Shown here: piece by piece, positions 10,558-21,952 of the stretch | Layout of the letters: every line of letters begins with the position of its first letter | Position numbering within the stretch: the stretch's first letter is position 1 | NCBI GenBank assembly: GCA_051362555.1 | Contig: CM120646.1 | Location: 2,728,001 to 2,792,000 of the forward strand | Length of the DNA: 64,000 nucleotides | Source of the DNA: Lingula anatina | Lineage: Eukaryota; Animalia; Brachiopoda | Reading direction: 5' to 3' | Made by a program: the position numbers and the translations under genes | The notes under the pieces: generated by a model | What the model was told of the DNA's origin: nothing | The model's database searches: none | Seen by the model: the letters and a program-made list of their open reading frames with translations, nothing else

Positions 10558-12756
10558 TTAAATTTTATCAATGTACTGATACGCCATTACTTTACTTTGA
10601 TTAGTTCCAACAACAAGCTCCCCGCTATCGCTAATATCGACTGAAACAGGAACTTCTATGTCATCATTCCTTGTCAGAATATTATGCAGAAATTTTCCGT
10701 CTGAACCAAGAACAACCACTCTGTGATTATTACGGCTAGCGTCAGCTATGAATATGTGTCCGAACTTATCTACACACACTCCTAGTGGATTGGTCAGTTG
10801 TCCGTGTCCACTTCCACTCTGACCTCGTACTCCGTATTGGAAGATTACGTCACCCTGGGGTGTCACTGCATACACACAGTGGGTGCCCTGGTCGCTGACT
10901 ATGATTGCATTGATGATGTGGTGGTATGCACAGCGCAGTGAACCTTTACTGCACATAGTGATAGGAATTCTGTTAACTAGTCGAAAAGATTTCATGTCGT
11001 ACACACAGATGCATTGTGCACCACCATCACACACGTACACGATACCCTCTGCACGGTTCACAGTGACACCCCAGGGGTCAGACATATCACCCTGACCAAA
11101 ACATCGGATGACCTGACCTGATGTTGAATACAATCTACAGCATTTATCTCCACACATGACCACGAATCTATCGTTACTGACTGTAGAGATACACCTCACC
11201 CCTCCCTCTATACTTATCTCACACTTATACTGACTTGCATTGGAGATAATGGACACTGAATCACCTTGGATAACTAAAATGCAACCGTCATCTGTGCACT
11301 GAATATACCAAAGCCAACCCTTGACATTAAAACAACGCGTTCGCTCTGGGGTTTTTAACAACACTACTCTCTGAAATTGTCGCAATTCGGGACAGTGCAC
11401 TGTCTCTTGTTCCAAACATCCGAAATATGCATCCAAAGGACCACCATATGTCTTCGCCGTGATGGACCCCGTTTTGATTGACAGCTGTGGTTCCGGAATT
11501 TTAGGAAACTGTAGCGCAAGGTCCATTTTTGTTTTCCCTGGTGTAAATTTTATGTCGATGATCTTGGTATCAAAGACAGGTTCTACTGTCTGTAAGTCTG
11601 TAATTCTAGCTTGGATTTTTTTAGAGTGGGTCATGACCTCGATATCAGAACCTGTGTCTGTGAGCTGCTGGGCGAAATCACGAATACTCTGAATGCAAAT
11701 CTTGAGCATTTCTTGCTTGTCCTTTTCAGCTTCTAAAGTCTTCACCTGAGCAGAGGTGAGTGCCATAACTTCTTCTGATACTGCGTTGCTTTTATCATCT
11801 ATAAACTTTCTCATTTTGGTATAATTGGATTGTACCTTTGTTCGATACATTACCAAATGATGCTTTACACTGGTCAAATATGCGTCTGTTTGTTTACGTA
11901 CATCTTGTTCTATTTGCTGGTAACAATCGTTCAGTTCCCTCTCTATAATTTTACTGTTATCATGTATCTCCTGTGTCATAGTAACTCTTTGAGAATCCAC
12001 CAAACGAAGAACCCTCCTCTGGTTTTCAGTCAGACTCTCTTCCGTTCGTGCAATGGCCTTTTCCGCCTTCTCCAAACGAGACAGTTTTTCAGTTGGGAGA
12101 CATTTTAGCCTGTCTGCTATTAGACTACGTTGAAATATCACCACATCTCCTATTTTTTTGAAATCGTGTTTGCTGTGGGTTTCTACGATGCATTCCCTGC
12201 ATATGACAGTGTCATCGTTTTGACAATAGAATGCAAGCTGTTCGCCGGCATGTTTGTCGCAAAATTGAGCTTTATCTAATACTTGACGTAACTGTTCGCG
12301 TACGTTAGCTTGATCAACTGAGAAGTCGACTTGTGACAGAGGCACAAAGTGGTGTCCATTTAAGGCCGGGATGTTGTCGTGCAATTCACGACATGTAACA
12401 CACAGTTGGTTGGTCTTGGGACATCCTTGGCACAACATAGTGGCCTCTATATGCTTACAATAATCACAAAGTCTCCCCTCTGGTGCCTTCTGACCTTTCA
12501 TGAAGTCTTTAACGTTTATTAAGAAGAAGTTTTTCACGAGAGTTGCTAATCCGCCTGGTGGTACGGGGGCGTCTTGGCGACACACGGGACAGGAGAACTT
12601 GTTCTGCACTCCATTTTTGGCTGCATGGTCAGCAATACAATCCAGGCAGAACGTGTGGTAACAGGGGAGCACTCTCGGGTCTGTATATTCCTCCAGACAT
12701 ATATGGCACGTTAAAAAATTCTCTCTGAAAACGTTGTAGAGCTCTTTTGATGCCAT
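10558..12756 (-). CDS. Intronless TRIM-NHL E3 ubiquitin ligase, copy 2 (732 aa)
   Basis: Same RING/B-box/B-box/CC/NHL architecture; intact ORF. Confidence 0.93.
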   Translation of the reverse strand: MASKELYNVFRENFLTCHICLEEYTDPRVLPCYHTFCLDCIADHAAKNGVQNKFSCPVCRQDAPVPPGGLATLVKNFFLINVKDFMKGQKAPEGRLCDYCKHIEATMLCQGCPKTNQLCVTCRELHDNIPALNGHHFVPLSQVDFSVDQANVREQLRQVLDKAQFCDKHAGEQLAFYCQNDDTVICRECIVETHSKHDFKKIGDVVIFQRSLIADRLKCLPTEKLSRLEKAEKAIARTEESLTENQRRVLRLVDSQRVTMTQEIHDNSKIIERELNDCYQQIEQDVRKQTDAYLTSVKHHLVMYRTKVQSNYTKMRKFIDDKSNAVSEEVMALTSAQVKTLEAEKDKQEMLKICIQSIRDFAQQLTDTGSDIEVMTHSKKIQARITDLQTVEPVFDTKIIDIKFTPGKTKMDLALQFPKIPEPQLSIKTGSITAKTYGGPLDAYFGCLEQETVHCPELRQFQRVVLLKTPERTRCFNVKGWLWYIQCTDDGCILVIQGDSVSIISNASQYKCEISIEGGVRCISTVSNDRFVVMCGDKCCRLYSTSGQVIRCFGQGDMSDPWGVTVNRAEGIVYVCDGGAQCICVYDMKSFRLVNRIPITMCSKGSLRCAYHHIINAIIVSDQGTHCVYAVTPQGDVIFQYGVRGQSGSGHGQLTNPLGVCVDKFGHIFIADASRNNHRVVVLGSDGKFLHNILTRNDDIEVPVSVDISDSGELVVGTNQSKVMAYQYIDKI

Positions 12757-13312
12757 TGTACTTGTAATAAACCAGGGTCGGCACAGCGCCTCCTGCACGC
12801 TGGGCACCCAACTTAATCGTTGCAAAAAAAAAAAGTCGTGTGCGTTTTTATGTCGTTCAGTAGGTTATACACAGTATCGCCTACCTCAAAATTGTCAACC
12901 GATCAATTAGGGAATGTTGACAGTAACTACGACCGTATCAAAAGCCTAGCCTGTATTTGCTGAATGCTTGACATATGAGTAATAGATAACGCTTTTTTTA
13001 AAGAGAAAGCACGAGGATCTCACCGATATTTACACTGGGGCATTTTTAAGTGACATGGACTTGATATATGTCGCTCACGTAAGGTACAAATGTTGTGTCT
13101 CCCTTTGTGTGATTTTTAAGACCCCATTCCCAAACCTAGATCGATCTAGCAGGCTTGATCAATCTCCGAGGGGTTTCTAAATTACTTTTAGCGTAACCGG
13201 CTTAGATGCCTGACAGGCCTACAAAAGTTGCTGAACGATAGTTAATAACCCCTTATACATCAGAGCCGCTTAAGCAGAAAGCAATTTATCTAGAAACGCC
13301 TCGAAGATGAGT

Positions 13313-15838
13313 TGTAGGGGTCCACGTTCCACCCTACCCAGGTTCTTCTAATATTTTACCTGTCACTGATGCATGGGAGAGGGAATATAACCACAAACTC
13401 ACATCTTCAGTTCCAAGTCTAAAGTCATTTATTAAGTCCAAGCATTCAGCATTTATACACATTATCTCCAGGGAATCTATCTGCATGCCACAGTGGCAGC
13501 AACTGATTTAAATACTAATTGCAATGCAGTAGTTTCTACTTATCAGATATGCATTTGCCCCAAGCTTACTTAGTTAAACAAAGAATGATAAATATTCATG
13601 CAAGACTGAAACCAAGTGAATGATAATGATGACTGATTATATAAACATAATATGTAGATGAGTGAGTTTATCACTTGCCTTCAGTGGACCTTAACATATT
13701 CCTTCTTTTCCCACAAAAAAAATTATGAATACATAATTTTTTGAAATATAGATTCCACAGAATACTCAAAGATAACATTTTAACAGCTAAATACTTACAA
13801 AAATATGTATGTCATGATTCAACTAAAATATATGTATGTTTATATATAATTCTATCAAATATCATTAGTTTAACTAACAATTGTAATCAATTCAGTTCAT
13901 TATCCATTCCATTGCTGTGCAAAGACATGTCATTATTCTAATGAAATTAAATTTGAATGTTTATGCTCCCAAAATATTTTGAAAAAGAAAAATGTCCAGT
14001 TATCATACAGATGGTTTAAATAACAGCTTTTCTAATGGACTGTGCATTTAAAAAAATCTCATCAATTAAACAATTTAATATCAGATATATCATTAAAGTG
14101 TATTCTTTCTTCCATAACACATATCTTGGAAATCTCCCTACATGTTGGCAATTTACCATCAATAGAAAAAACAACAACATATTTTCACTTATCCTATATA
14201 ATTCAGTTTTAACCTTAACTGTAAGCACATTTAAATCTTATTATTTTCAGATATGTAAGTCCTGAATCTTTGGTGTAATTTTACTTAAAACATTGAAACA
14301 AGAATATCAAATACTGAGCTGAATGGTAAATATCTATAAATCCAATATATCTCCTTTTTCCTAACCTGCAGTACAGCTCTGACAAATGTATCATCCTTTA
14401 ACTAAATAGTCATAAAAATCATATCTTAATTTGCAGTGTGGAAGAAGTGTCCATTTTACTTTCTTTGCCATAAACTTTCTTTGCACCTTTTCATTGTCTC
14501 TGTGAAATTCCCATTTTACAGCTGTCCATTCTTTTGTGTTCTCACAAACATTTTCTCTGTCTGAACCTTGTTTGTCTTCATTCTCTACAACTTTTAGTAC
14601 CTCTTCATCTGCACTTTGTTTTATCTCAACTTCAGTTAGCACATGTATGTCTCTGTGTGTATCTTTAAGATTAGAAATATCCATTTCCATTGGTTCATCA
14701 TTAAGTCCTTCATCAGCATTCTTCACATAATCCATTACAGCATTTTCATCTACACCATGTTTCTCCACATACTTTGGGTCATCATCATCATCAAGTCCTT
14801 CTTTATCTGTATTCTTTACATCATCTGTTAAAGCCTTTTCAACTACATCAGGTTTCTCATAATACTTCAGTTCACCCATTTTACTCTCTCTTCTGATTAA
14901 TCCGTTGTCATCATCATCATCATCATCTTCATCATCAGTTTTCAATCCTAGCTCTTGTTCATAATCTTTCTCGACATACCTTTCACGTTTCTCCCCTTTC
15001 TCAAAATCAGTTCTCTTTCCTACCTCTTGATCATTTGCAAAAATAATGTCCTCGCTCAGTTCATTCCCATCATTTTCTTCACCTACAACTTGCTCCTTCA
15101 CAAACTCCATCATACATTCATCTTCTTTAGCAGTACTCAATGTCTCAACTTCAGTTCCCTTCTCCATTTCTGATGGTCCATCTACTTTGATTTGATTTCT
15201 ATCTTTAACTTCTTCTTGTTTCATTTCAGATTCTGCGCTAATGTCATTATTTTGTTGCTGCAAACTGCCATACTGTCTCTGTAACAAGTCGGCTAGCTTG
15301 GACAGGCATTCTACCAGTCTGCCATTAATGTTACAGTCCTTTTCAGAATCCCAGTCATCATCTCCATACACATACTCATCTTCAAAGTTGGATCCATAGT
15401 TATATTCATAGCTATATCCCTCCCCCGCAGTGACCCTGGTCGAGCTCGCCATTATGTAGGGGTCCACGTTCCACCCTACCCAGGTTCTTCTAATATTTTA
15501 CCTGTCACTGATGCATGGGAGAGGGAATATAACCACAAACTCACATCTTCAGTTCCAAGTCTAAAGTCCTTTATTAAGTCCAAGCATTCAGCATTTATAC
15601 ACATTATCTCCAGGGAATCTATCTGCATGCCACAGTGGCAGCAACTGATTTAAATACTAATTGCAATGCAGTAGTTTCTACTTATCAGATATGCATTTGC
15701 CCCAAGCTTACTTAGTTAAACAAAGAATGATAAATATTCATGCAAGACTGAAGCCAAGTGAATGATAATGATGACTGATTATATAAACATAATATGTAGA
15801 TGAGTGAGTTTATCACTTGCCTTCAGTGGACCTTAACA
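13313..15838 (-). mobile_element. Non-autonomous LTR retroelement, 2526 bp, with 384-bp LTRs (13313-13696, 15455-15838)
   Basis: TG...CA LTRs differing at 2 positions by my comparison; GAGT TSD (13309-12, 15839-42); empty site at about 21129; minus-strand PBS-like TGGCGAGCTCGACCAGG and PPT GGGAAAAGAAGGAATA. Confidence 0.92.
14391..15452 (-). CDS. Highly acidic low-complexity ORF inside the LTR element (353 aa from the ATG at 15452)
   Basis: Uninterrupted ORF rich in D/E/K; ATG overlaps the PBS; no recognisable gag, RT or integrase motifs. Confidence 0.55.
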   Translation of the reverse strand: MASSTRVTAGEGYSYEYNYGSNFEDEYVYGDDDWDSEKDCNINGRLVECLSKLADLLQRQYGSLQQQNNDISAESEMKQEEVKDRNQIKVDGPSEMEKGTEVETLSTAKEDECMMEFVKEQVVGEENDGNELSEDIIFANDQEVGKRTDFEKGEKRERYVEKDYEQELGLKTDDEDDDDDDDNGLIRRESKMGELKYYEKPDVVEKALTDDVKNTDKEGLDDDDDPKYVEKHGVDENAVMDYVKNADEGLNDEPMEMDISNLKDTHRDIHVLTEVEIKQSADEEVLKVVENEDKQGSDRENVCENTKEWTAVKWEFHRDNEKVQRKFMAKKVKWTLLPHCKLRYDFYDYLVKG

Positions 15839-16043
15839 GAGTTGATCCTGCTAGATCGATCTAGGTATGGGAACGGGGTTTAATATGAATGTTATGTTGG
15901 TTTATCATCCGACGATCTTTTTTATTTAATCTTTCAGTTAGTTTGATTCGTCACTTCTTATCAATTGTTCGACATTAATATTACAGTAAGGGTGAGTGTG
16001 TGTTTGTGTGTGCGTGCGTGCGTCCGTGCGTGTCTGCGTGTGT

Positions 16044-16076
<33 letters not shown>

Positions 16077-16652
16077 TTGGTGCAAGATACAGAGCCAGGC
16101 AACAGTTAGTTTCTGTGTTTACATTGGCTTCTACGCGTGTGGAAACAAACTCTTGTACAAACACACCTTTTAACAGTCACCCTTCTAACACCGGGCATCC
16201 CGACGCGTATTTGCATTTTGATTTACAAACAAATATGACATACTTAATGGGTTATCGAAGACAGGCAACATAGCACTTTTAATGTGCACCCGCTATCACC
16301 AGTACCAATTGACACAGTTCCAAAAGACAAGTTTACAGCATGGATTGACCAATGTTCTAAAAAATCGTTTTCAAAACGGTTGAGGTATAAAATTAACAGA
16401 AAAGTATTTACTGTAAAACTATGTTACCAATGTTAGTCGTACCATCTGCCATCAATTTCAACAAAAAAGGAAAAAATAACATCAGAAAAATCTCGAAATC
16501 AAAATGTTGCAAAATGTTGTACTCAATGTGCAAGTAATTATACCATTTAACAGTGTATGTCGTTCTCAAAAACTCTTCCAGTAGATATCTTCCAATTGCT
16601 ATAAAATCATTTCAATTTAATGCGAAGAGAACTAATTTGCACTATTTGCCTC

Positions 16653-17530
16653 TCAGACGTACGATGACTTGACGATAGGGGGCGGTAGTCTTTTAGCACT
16701 TTTTGGATTCTTGGTGCTGATTGTATGTTCATTATGCTGCAAACACCGTCTATTAGTTTCCAAGGGAGAATTAACGGGAGGACAAGCGTCGAAACGGACC
16801 GCGCTGCCGTGCTGCTTTTCATGATTGTGCTGCTGTAAGTTGAGCACATCAAGTTGGAGATTGTGAGGTTTTTCGTTAAGAGGCCTCGTTACTTGAATAT
16901 CTGCTGTATTTACATATAGATTTTCTTGATGCACCGGAATTGGGTTTTGGCCACCAGATAGCTGAGCTCTTGCTATCGCTCAAGCATTTGTTGTCAGATA
17001 TATTCATACCCCTATGTTCACTCTTTGCATTGTTGTAATGATATCTATTTTCAAAATCAGTGATTCGTTGAGGTCCGGTGGTGCGTGAATGTAAACCGTG
17101 TGAATATGGGTCGTTTCGAAGAATGTTTTCGGGCAAGTGTCAGTGACTGACACTGTTTGAACCACGATTCACCTGCGTTGTCGGATTACAGTTTTTTGTC
17201 ATTTTGCTTTGGTGGATACTCTTCTTCATAGCCGGGCCGTACTTCACCTGCGCTTTGTGAACTGCCCGTCGCAGAGAACGTTCTACATTGTACACTTCTC
17301 GCCTTTTCTCCAACCCACGAGATAAGGCGTGAACCCAACGCTGTTTTCTCTAGCAACGCATTGGTTTTGTAGATTACAAAAGGAACTGGGAATGTGAGCA
17401 ATGCGAATAACCAGAACAAAGTCAAGTATGAGATTACCAAAAGTGCTGCAATAATGCCAAAGACATGTCTACCCTCATAGGTGGTGGATGATGCTTTTGC
17501 CAAAGGCCCCCATATCACCAAATACACCAT
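16653..17530 (-). pseudogene. Chimeric, frameshifted duplicate of the chitinase tail exon (copy 2)
   Basis: Split over three frames; 7-bp insertion near 17286; 16940-17530 resembles copy 1 while 16653-16935 resembles the intact exon. Confidence 0.75.
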
Positions 17531-17892
17531 TCAATGATTTGTGGAATACTTTTGTCATGCCTTCACCATGTTTTGTCGATGTCAGTTTGAAATTTTAGTT
17601 ACTCTAACTCTAGTAAACCAAGGCGGATCGCATAAACCAGTACACAGTCACCCTCGCAGTCGCATGCCTTCATCAAACAGGAAATGCTTAAAAAAATTTA
17701 CAAGTAAACCTCAGGCCTCGTTTCCTATTATAAGGCAACAGATTGTATTCGCGAATAACCGGAAAAGTCTTCTTTCGTTACAACATTAAAAATCAACATG
17801 TACTGTTGGTGTCGCTGTTTTTATTAATTTTTAATAAAAATCCATTCACTTCAAAACAACAATAATACCATTAAGCATTTGGTGAATGTTTA

Positions 17893-18165
17893 ACCAAAGC
17901 ACATATATTTTCCATATGATATTTATATCTTGTTGTGACCATCGTATTAAGTAACAGTCTTTCGAGAATATAACGACTTCTCTCCCTGGGATTTTCCTGG
18001 TTACGTCGTCAATAACAAAGATTCCTTAACTCCGTCCTTCTCCATAGATGTCGCTGTACACTATCAGTTCTGTTATGTAAAAATTGCGGTCTGTTAAAAA
18101 TTTGGGGTCTATGGTTTCGTAGTGTATCAGCACCATATTGTTGGGACCATATATTTAAGCCAGGA
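17893..18165 (-). pseudogene. Orphan terminal-exon copy 3 of the secreted-protein family (acceptor deleted, frameshifted)
   Basis: Near-identical to 10065-10333; sequence around the acceptor is missing. Confidence 0.7.
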
Positions 18166-18378
18166 TCATTGTCTTTCGTGCTAAGTATCTTTAATCTAAG
18201 ACTGCGTTTCCCTAAACCCATCGTACTAGCTGGATCGATCTAACTCTGCGGGGGTTCTCACTAAAGTACTTTCAGTGAAATCAGTTTAATTGTCTGGCAC
18301 ACCCCCTCGAGTAACTATAGAGAGTAACTGACTATCGTCAACACCTCCTAACAGCTTGGGTAGTATAAGCTAAATCAT

Positions 18379-20577
18379 TTAAATTTTATCAATGTACTGA
18401 TACGCGATTATTTTACTTTGATTAGTTCCAACAACAAGCTCCCCGCTATCGCTGATATCGACTGAAACAGGAACTTTTATGTCATCATTCCTTGTCAGAA
18501 TATTATGCAGAAATTTTCCGTCTGAACCAAGGACAACCACTCTGTGATTATTACGGCTAGCGTCAGCTATGAATATGTATCCGAACTTATCTACACACAC
18601 TCCGAGTGGTTTAGTCAGTTGTCCGTCTACACTTCCACTCTGACCTCGTGTTCCGTATTGGAAGATGACGTCACCCTTGGGTGTCACTGCATACACACAG
18701 TGGGTACAATGGTCGCTGACTATGATTGCATTAATGACGTGGTGGTATGCACAGCGCAGTGAACCTTTACTGCACATTGGGATAGGAATTTTGTTAACTA
18801 GTCGAAAAGATTTTATTTCGTACACACAGATGCATTGTGCACCACCATCACACACGTACACCTTACCCTCTGTACGGTCAACAGTGACACCCCAGGGGTC
18901 AGACATATCACCCTGACCAAAACATCGGATAAACTGACCTGATGTTGAATACAGCCTACAGCATTTATCGCCACACATGACCACGAATCTATCGTTACTG
19001 ACTGTAGAGATACACCCCACCCCTCCCTCTATACTGATCTCACGATTATACTGACTTGCACTGGAGACAATGGACACTGCATCACCTTGAACAGCTAAAG
19101 TGCAACCGTCATCTGTGCACTGAATATCCAAAAGCCAACCCTTGACATTAAAACAACGCGTTCGCTCTGGCGTTTTTAACAACGCTACTCTCTGAAATTG
19201 TTGCAATTCTGGACAGTGCACTGTCTCTTGTTCCAAACATCCGAAATATGCATCCAAAGGACCACCATATGTCTTCGCCGTGATGGACCCCGTTTTGATT
19301 GATAGCTGTGGTTCTGGAATTTTTGGAAACTGTAGCGCCAGGTCCATTTTTGTTTTCCCTGGTGTAAATTTTATGTCGATGATCTTGGTATCAAAGACAG
19401 GTTCTACTGTCTGTAAGTCTTTAATTCTAGCTTGGATTTTTTTAGAGTGGGTCATGACCTCGATATCAGAACCTGTGTCTGTGAGCTGCTGAGCGAAATC
19501 ACGAATACTCTGAATGCAAATTTTGAGCATTTCTTGCTTGTCCTTTTCAGCTTCTAAAGTCTTCACCTGAGCAGAGGTGAGTGCCATAACTTCTTCTGAT
19601 ACTGCGTTGCTTTTATCATCTATAAACTTTCTCATTTTGGTATAATTGGATTGTACCTTTGTTCGATACATTACCAAATGATGCTTTACACTGGTCAAAT
19701 ATGCGTCTGTTTGTTTACGTACGTCTTGTTCTATTTGCTGGTAACAATCGTTCAGTTCCCTCTCTATAATTTTACTGTTATCATGTATCTCCTGTGTCAT
19801 AGTAACTCTTTGAGAATCCACCAAACGAAGAACCCTCCTCTGGTTTTCCGTCAGACTCGCTTCCGTTCGTGCAATGGCCTTTTCCGCCTTCTCCAAACGA
19901 GACAGTTTTTCAGTTGGGAGACATTTTAGCCTGTCTACTATTAGACTACGTTGAAACATCACCACATCTCCTATTTTTTTGAAATCGTGTTTGCTGTGGG
20001 TTTCTACGATGCATTCCCTGCATATGACAGTGTCATCGTTTTGACAATAGAATGCAAGCTGTTCGCCGGCATGTTTGTCGCAAAATTGAGCTTTATCTAA
20101 TACTTGACGTAACTGTTCGCGTACGTTAGCTGGATCAACTGAGAAGTCGACTTGTGACAGAGGCAAAAAGTGGTGTCCATTTAAGGCCGGGATGTTGTCG
20201 TGCAATTCACGACATGTAACACACAGTTGGTTGGTCTTGGGGCATCCTTGGCACAACATAGTGGCCTCTATATGCTTACAATAATCACAAAGTCTCCCCT
20301 CTGGTGCCTTCTGACCTTTCATGAAGTCTGTCACGTTTATTAAGAAGAAGTTTTTCACGAGAGTTGCTAATCCGCCTGGAGGTACGGAGGCGTCTTGGCG
20401 ACACACGGGACAGGAGAACTTGTTCTGCACTCCATTTTTGGCTGCATGGTCAGCAATACAATCCAGGCAGAACGTGTGGTAACAGGGGAGCACTCTCGGG
20501 TCTGTATATTCCTCCAGACATATATGGCACGTTAAAAAATTCTCTCTGAAAACGTTGTAGAGCTCTTTTGATGCCAT
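18379..20577 (-). CDS. Intronless TRIM-NHL E3 ubiquitin ligase, copy 3 (732 aa)
   Basis: Intact ORF, same domains; closest to copy 2. Confidence 0.93.
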   Translation of the reverse strand: MASKELYNVFRENFLTCHICLEEYTDPRVLPCYHTFCLDCIADHAAKNGVQNKFSCPVCRQDASVPPGGLATLVKNFFLINVTDFMKGQKAPEGRLCDYCKHIEATMLCQGCPKTNQLCVTCRELHDNIPALNGHHFLPLSQVDFSVDPANVREQLRQVLDKAQFCDKHAGEQLAFYCQNDDTVICRECIVETHSKHDFKKIGDVVMFQRSLIVDRLKCLPTEKLSRLEKAEKAIARTEASLTENQRRVLRLVDSQRVTMTQEIHDNSKIIERELNDCYQQIEQDVRKQTDAYLTSVKHHLVMYRTKVQSNYTKMRKFIDDKSNAVSEEVMALTSAQVKTLEAEKDKQEMLKICIQSIRDFAQQLTDTGSDIEVMTHSKKIQARIKDLQTVEPVFDTKIIDIKFTPGKTKMDLALQFPKIPEPQLSIKTGSITAKTYGGPLDAYFGCLEQETVHCPELQQFQRVALLKTPERTRCFNVKGWLLDIQCTDDGCTLAVQGDAVSIVSSASQYNREISIEGGVGCISTVSNDRFVVMCGDKCCRLYSTSGQFIRCFGQGDMSDPWGVTVDRTEGKVYVCDGGAQCICVYEIKSFRLVNKIPIPMCSKGSLRCAYHHVINAIIVSDHCTHCVYAVTPKGDVIFQYGTRGQSGSVDGQLTKPLGVCVDKFGYIFIADASRNNHRVVVLGSDGKFLHNILTRNDDIKVPVSVDISDSGELVVGTNQSKIIAYQYIDKI

Positions 20578-20943
20578 TGTACTTGTAATAAACCAGGGTC
20601 GGCACAGCGCCTCCTGCACGCTGGGCACCCAACTTTATCGTTGCAAAAAAAAAAAAAAAGTCGTGTGCGTTTTTATGTCGTTCAGTAGGTTATCTACAGT
20701 ATCACCTACCTCAAAATTGTCAACCGATCAATTAGGAAATGTTGACAGTAACTACGACCGTATCAAAGCCTAGCCTGTATTTGCTGAATGCTTGACATAT
20801 GAGTAATAGATAACGCTTTTTTTAAAGAGAAAGCACGAGGATCTCACCGTTATTTACACTGAAGCATTTTTAAGTGATATGGACTTGATATATGTCGCTC
20901 ACGTAAGGTACAAAAGTTGTGGCTCCCTTTGTGTAATTTTTAA

Positions 20944-21170
20944 GACCCCATTATCAAACCTCGATCTAGCAGGCTTGATCCATCTCCGAGGGGTTTCTAA
21001 ATTGCTTTTAGCGTAACCGGCTTAGATGCCTGACAGGCCTACAGAAGTTGCTGAACGATAGTTAATAACCCCCTATACATCAGAGCCGCTTAAGCAGAAA
21101 GCAATTTATCGAGAAAGGCCTCGGAGATGAGTTGATCCTGCTAGATCGATCTAGGTATGGGAACGGGGTT
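20944..21170. mobile_element. PIF/Harbinger-type MITE (uninterrupted counterpart of 13120-15880)
   Basis: Same TIRs, TAA flanks, contains the single GAGT target site. Confidence 0.8.
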
Positions 21171-21952
21171 TAATATGAATGTTATGTTGGTTTATCATCC
21201 GACGATCTTTTTTTATTTAATCTTTCAGTTAGTTTGATTCGTCACTTCTTATCAATTGTGCGACATTAATATTACAGTAAGTGTGTGTGTGTGTGTGTGT
21301 TGGTGCAAGATACAGAGCCAGGCAACAGTTAGTTTCTGTGTTTACATTGGCTTCTACGCGTGTGGAAACAAACTCTTGTACAAACACACCTTTTAACAGT
21401 CACCCTTCTAACACCGGGCATCCCGACGCGTATTTGCATTTTGATTTACAAACAAATATGACATACTTAATGGGTTATCGAAGACAGGCAACATAGCACT
21501 TTTAATGTGCACCCGCTATCACCAGTACCAATTGACACAGTTCCAAAAGACAAGTTTACAGCATGGATTGACCAATGTTCTAAAAAATCGTTTTCAAAAC
21601 GGTTGAGGTATAAAATTAACAGAAAAGTATTTACTGTAAAACTATGTTACCAATGTTAGTCTCACCATTTGCCATCAATTTCAACAAAAAAGGAAAAAAT
21701 AACATCAGAAACATGTCGAAATCAAAATGTTGCAAAATGTTGTACTCAATGTGCAAGTAATTATGCCATTTAACAGTGTATGTCGTTCTCAAAAACTCTT
21801 CCAGTAGATATCTTCCAATTGCTATAAAATCATTTCAATTAAATACGAAGAGAACTAAAAGTTCAGCTTTATTCCGTTGTTAAAATGGTACCAAATCAAT
21901 AAGCACAATAAGGCTAACGGCTGCGGTGGGAAGGATTTGCACTATTTGCCTC

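Larger units (their letters stand above)
13120..15880. mobile_element. PIF/Harbinger-type MITE interrupted by the LTR element
   Basis: TIRs GACCCCATTCCCAAACCTAGATCGATCTAGCAGG and CCTGCTAGATCGATCTAGGTATGGGAACGGGGTT; TAA on both sides; uninterrupted copy at 20944-21170; empty single-TAA site at about 7587. Confidence 0.8.
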
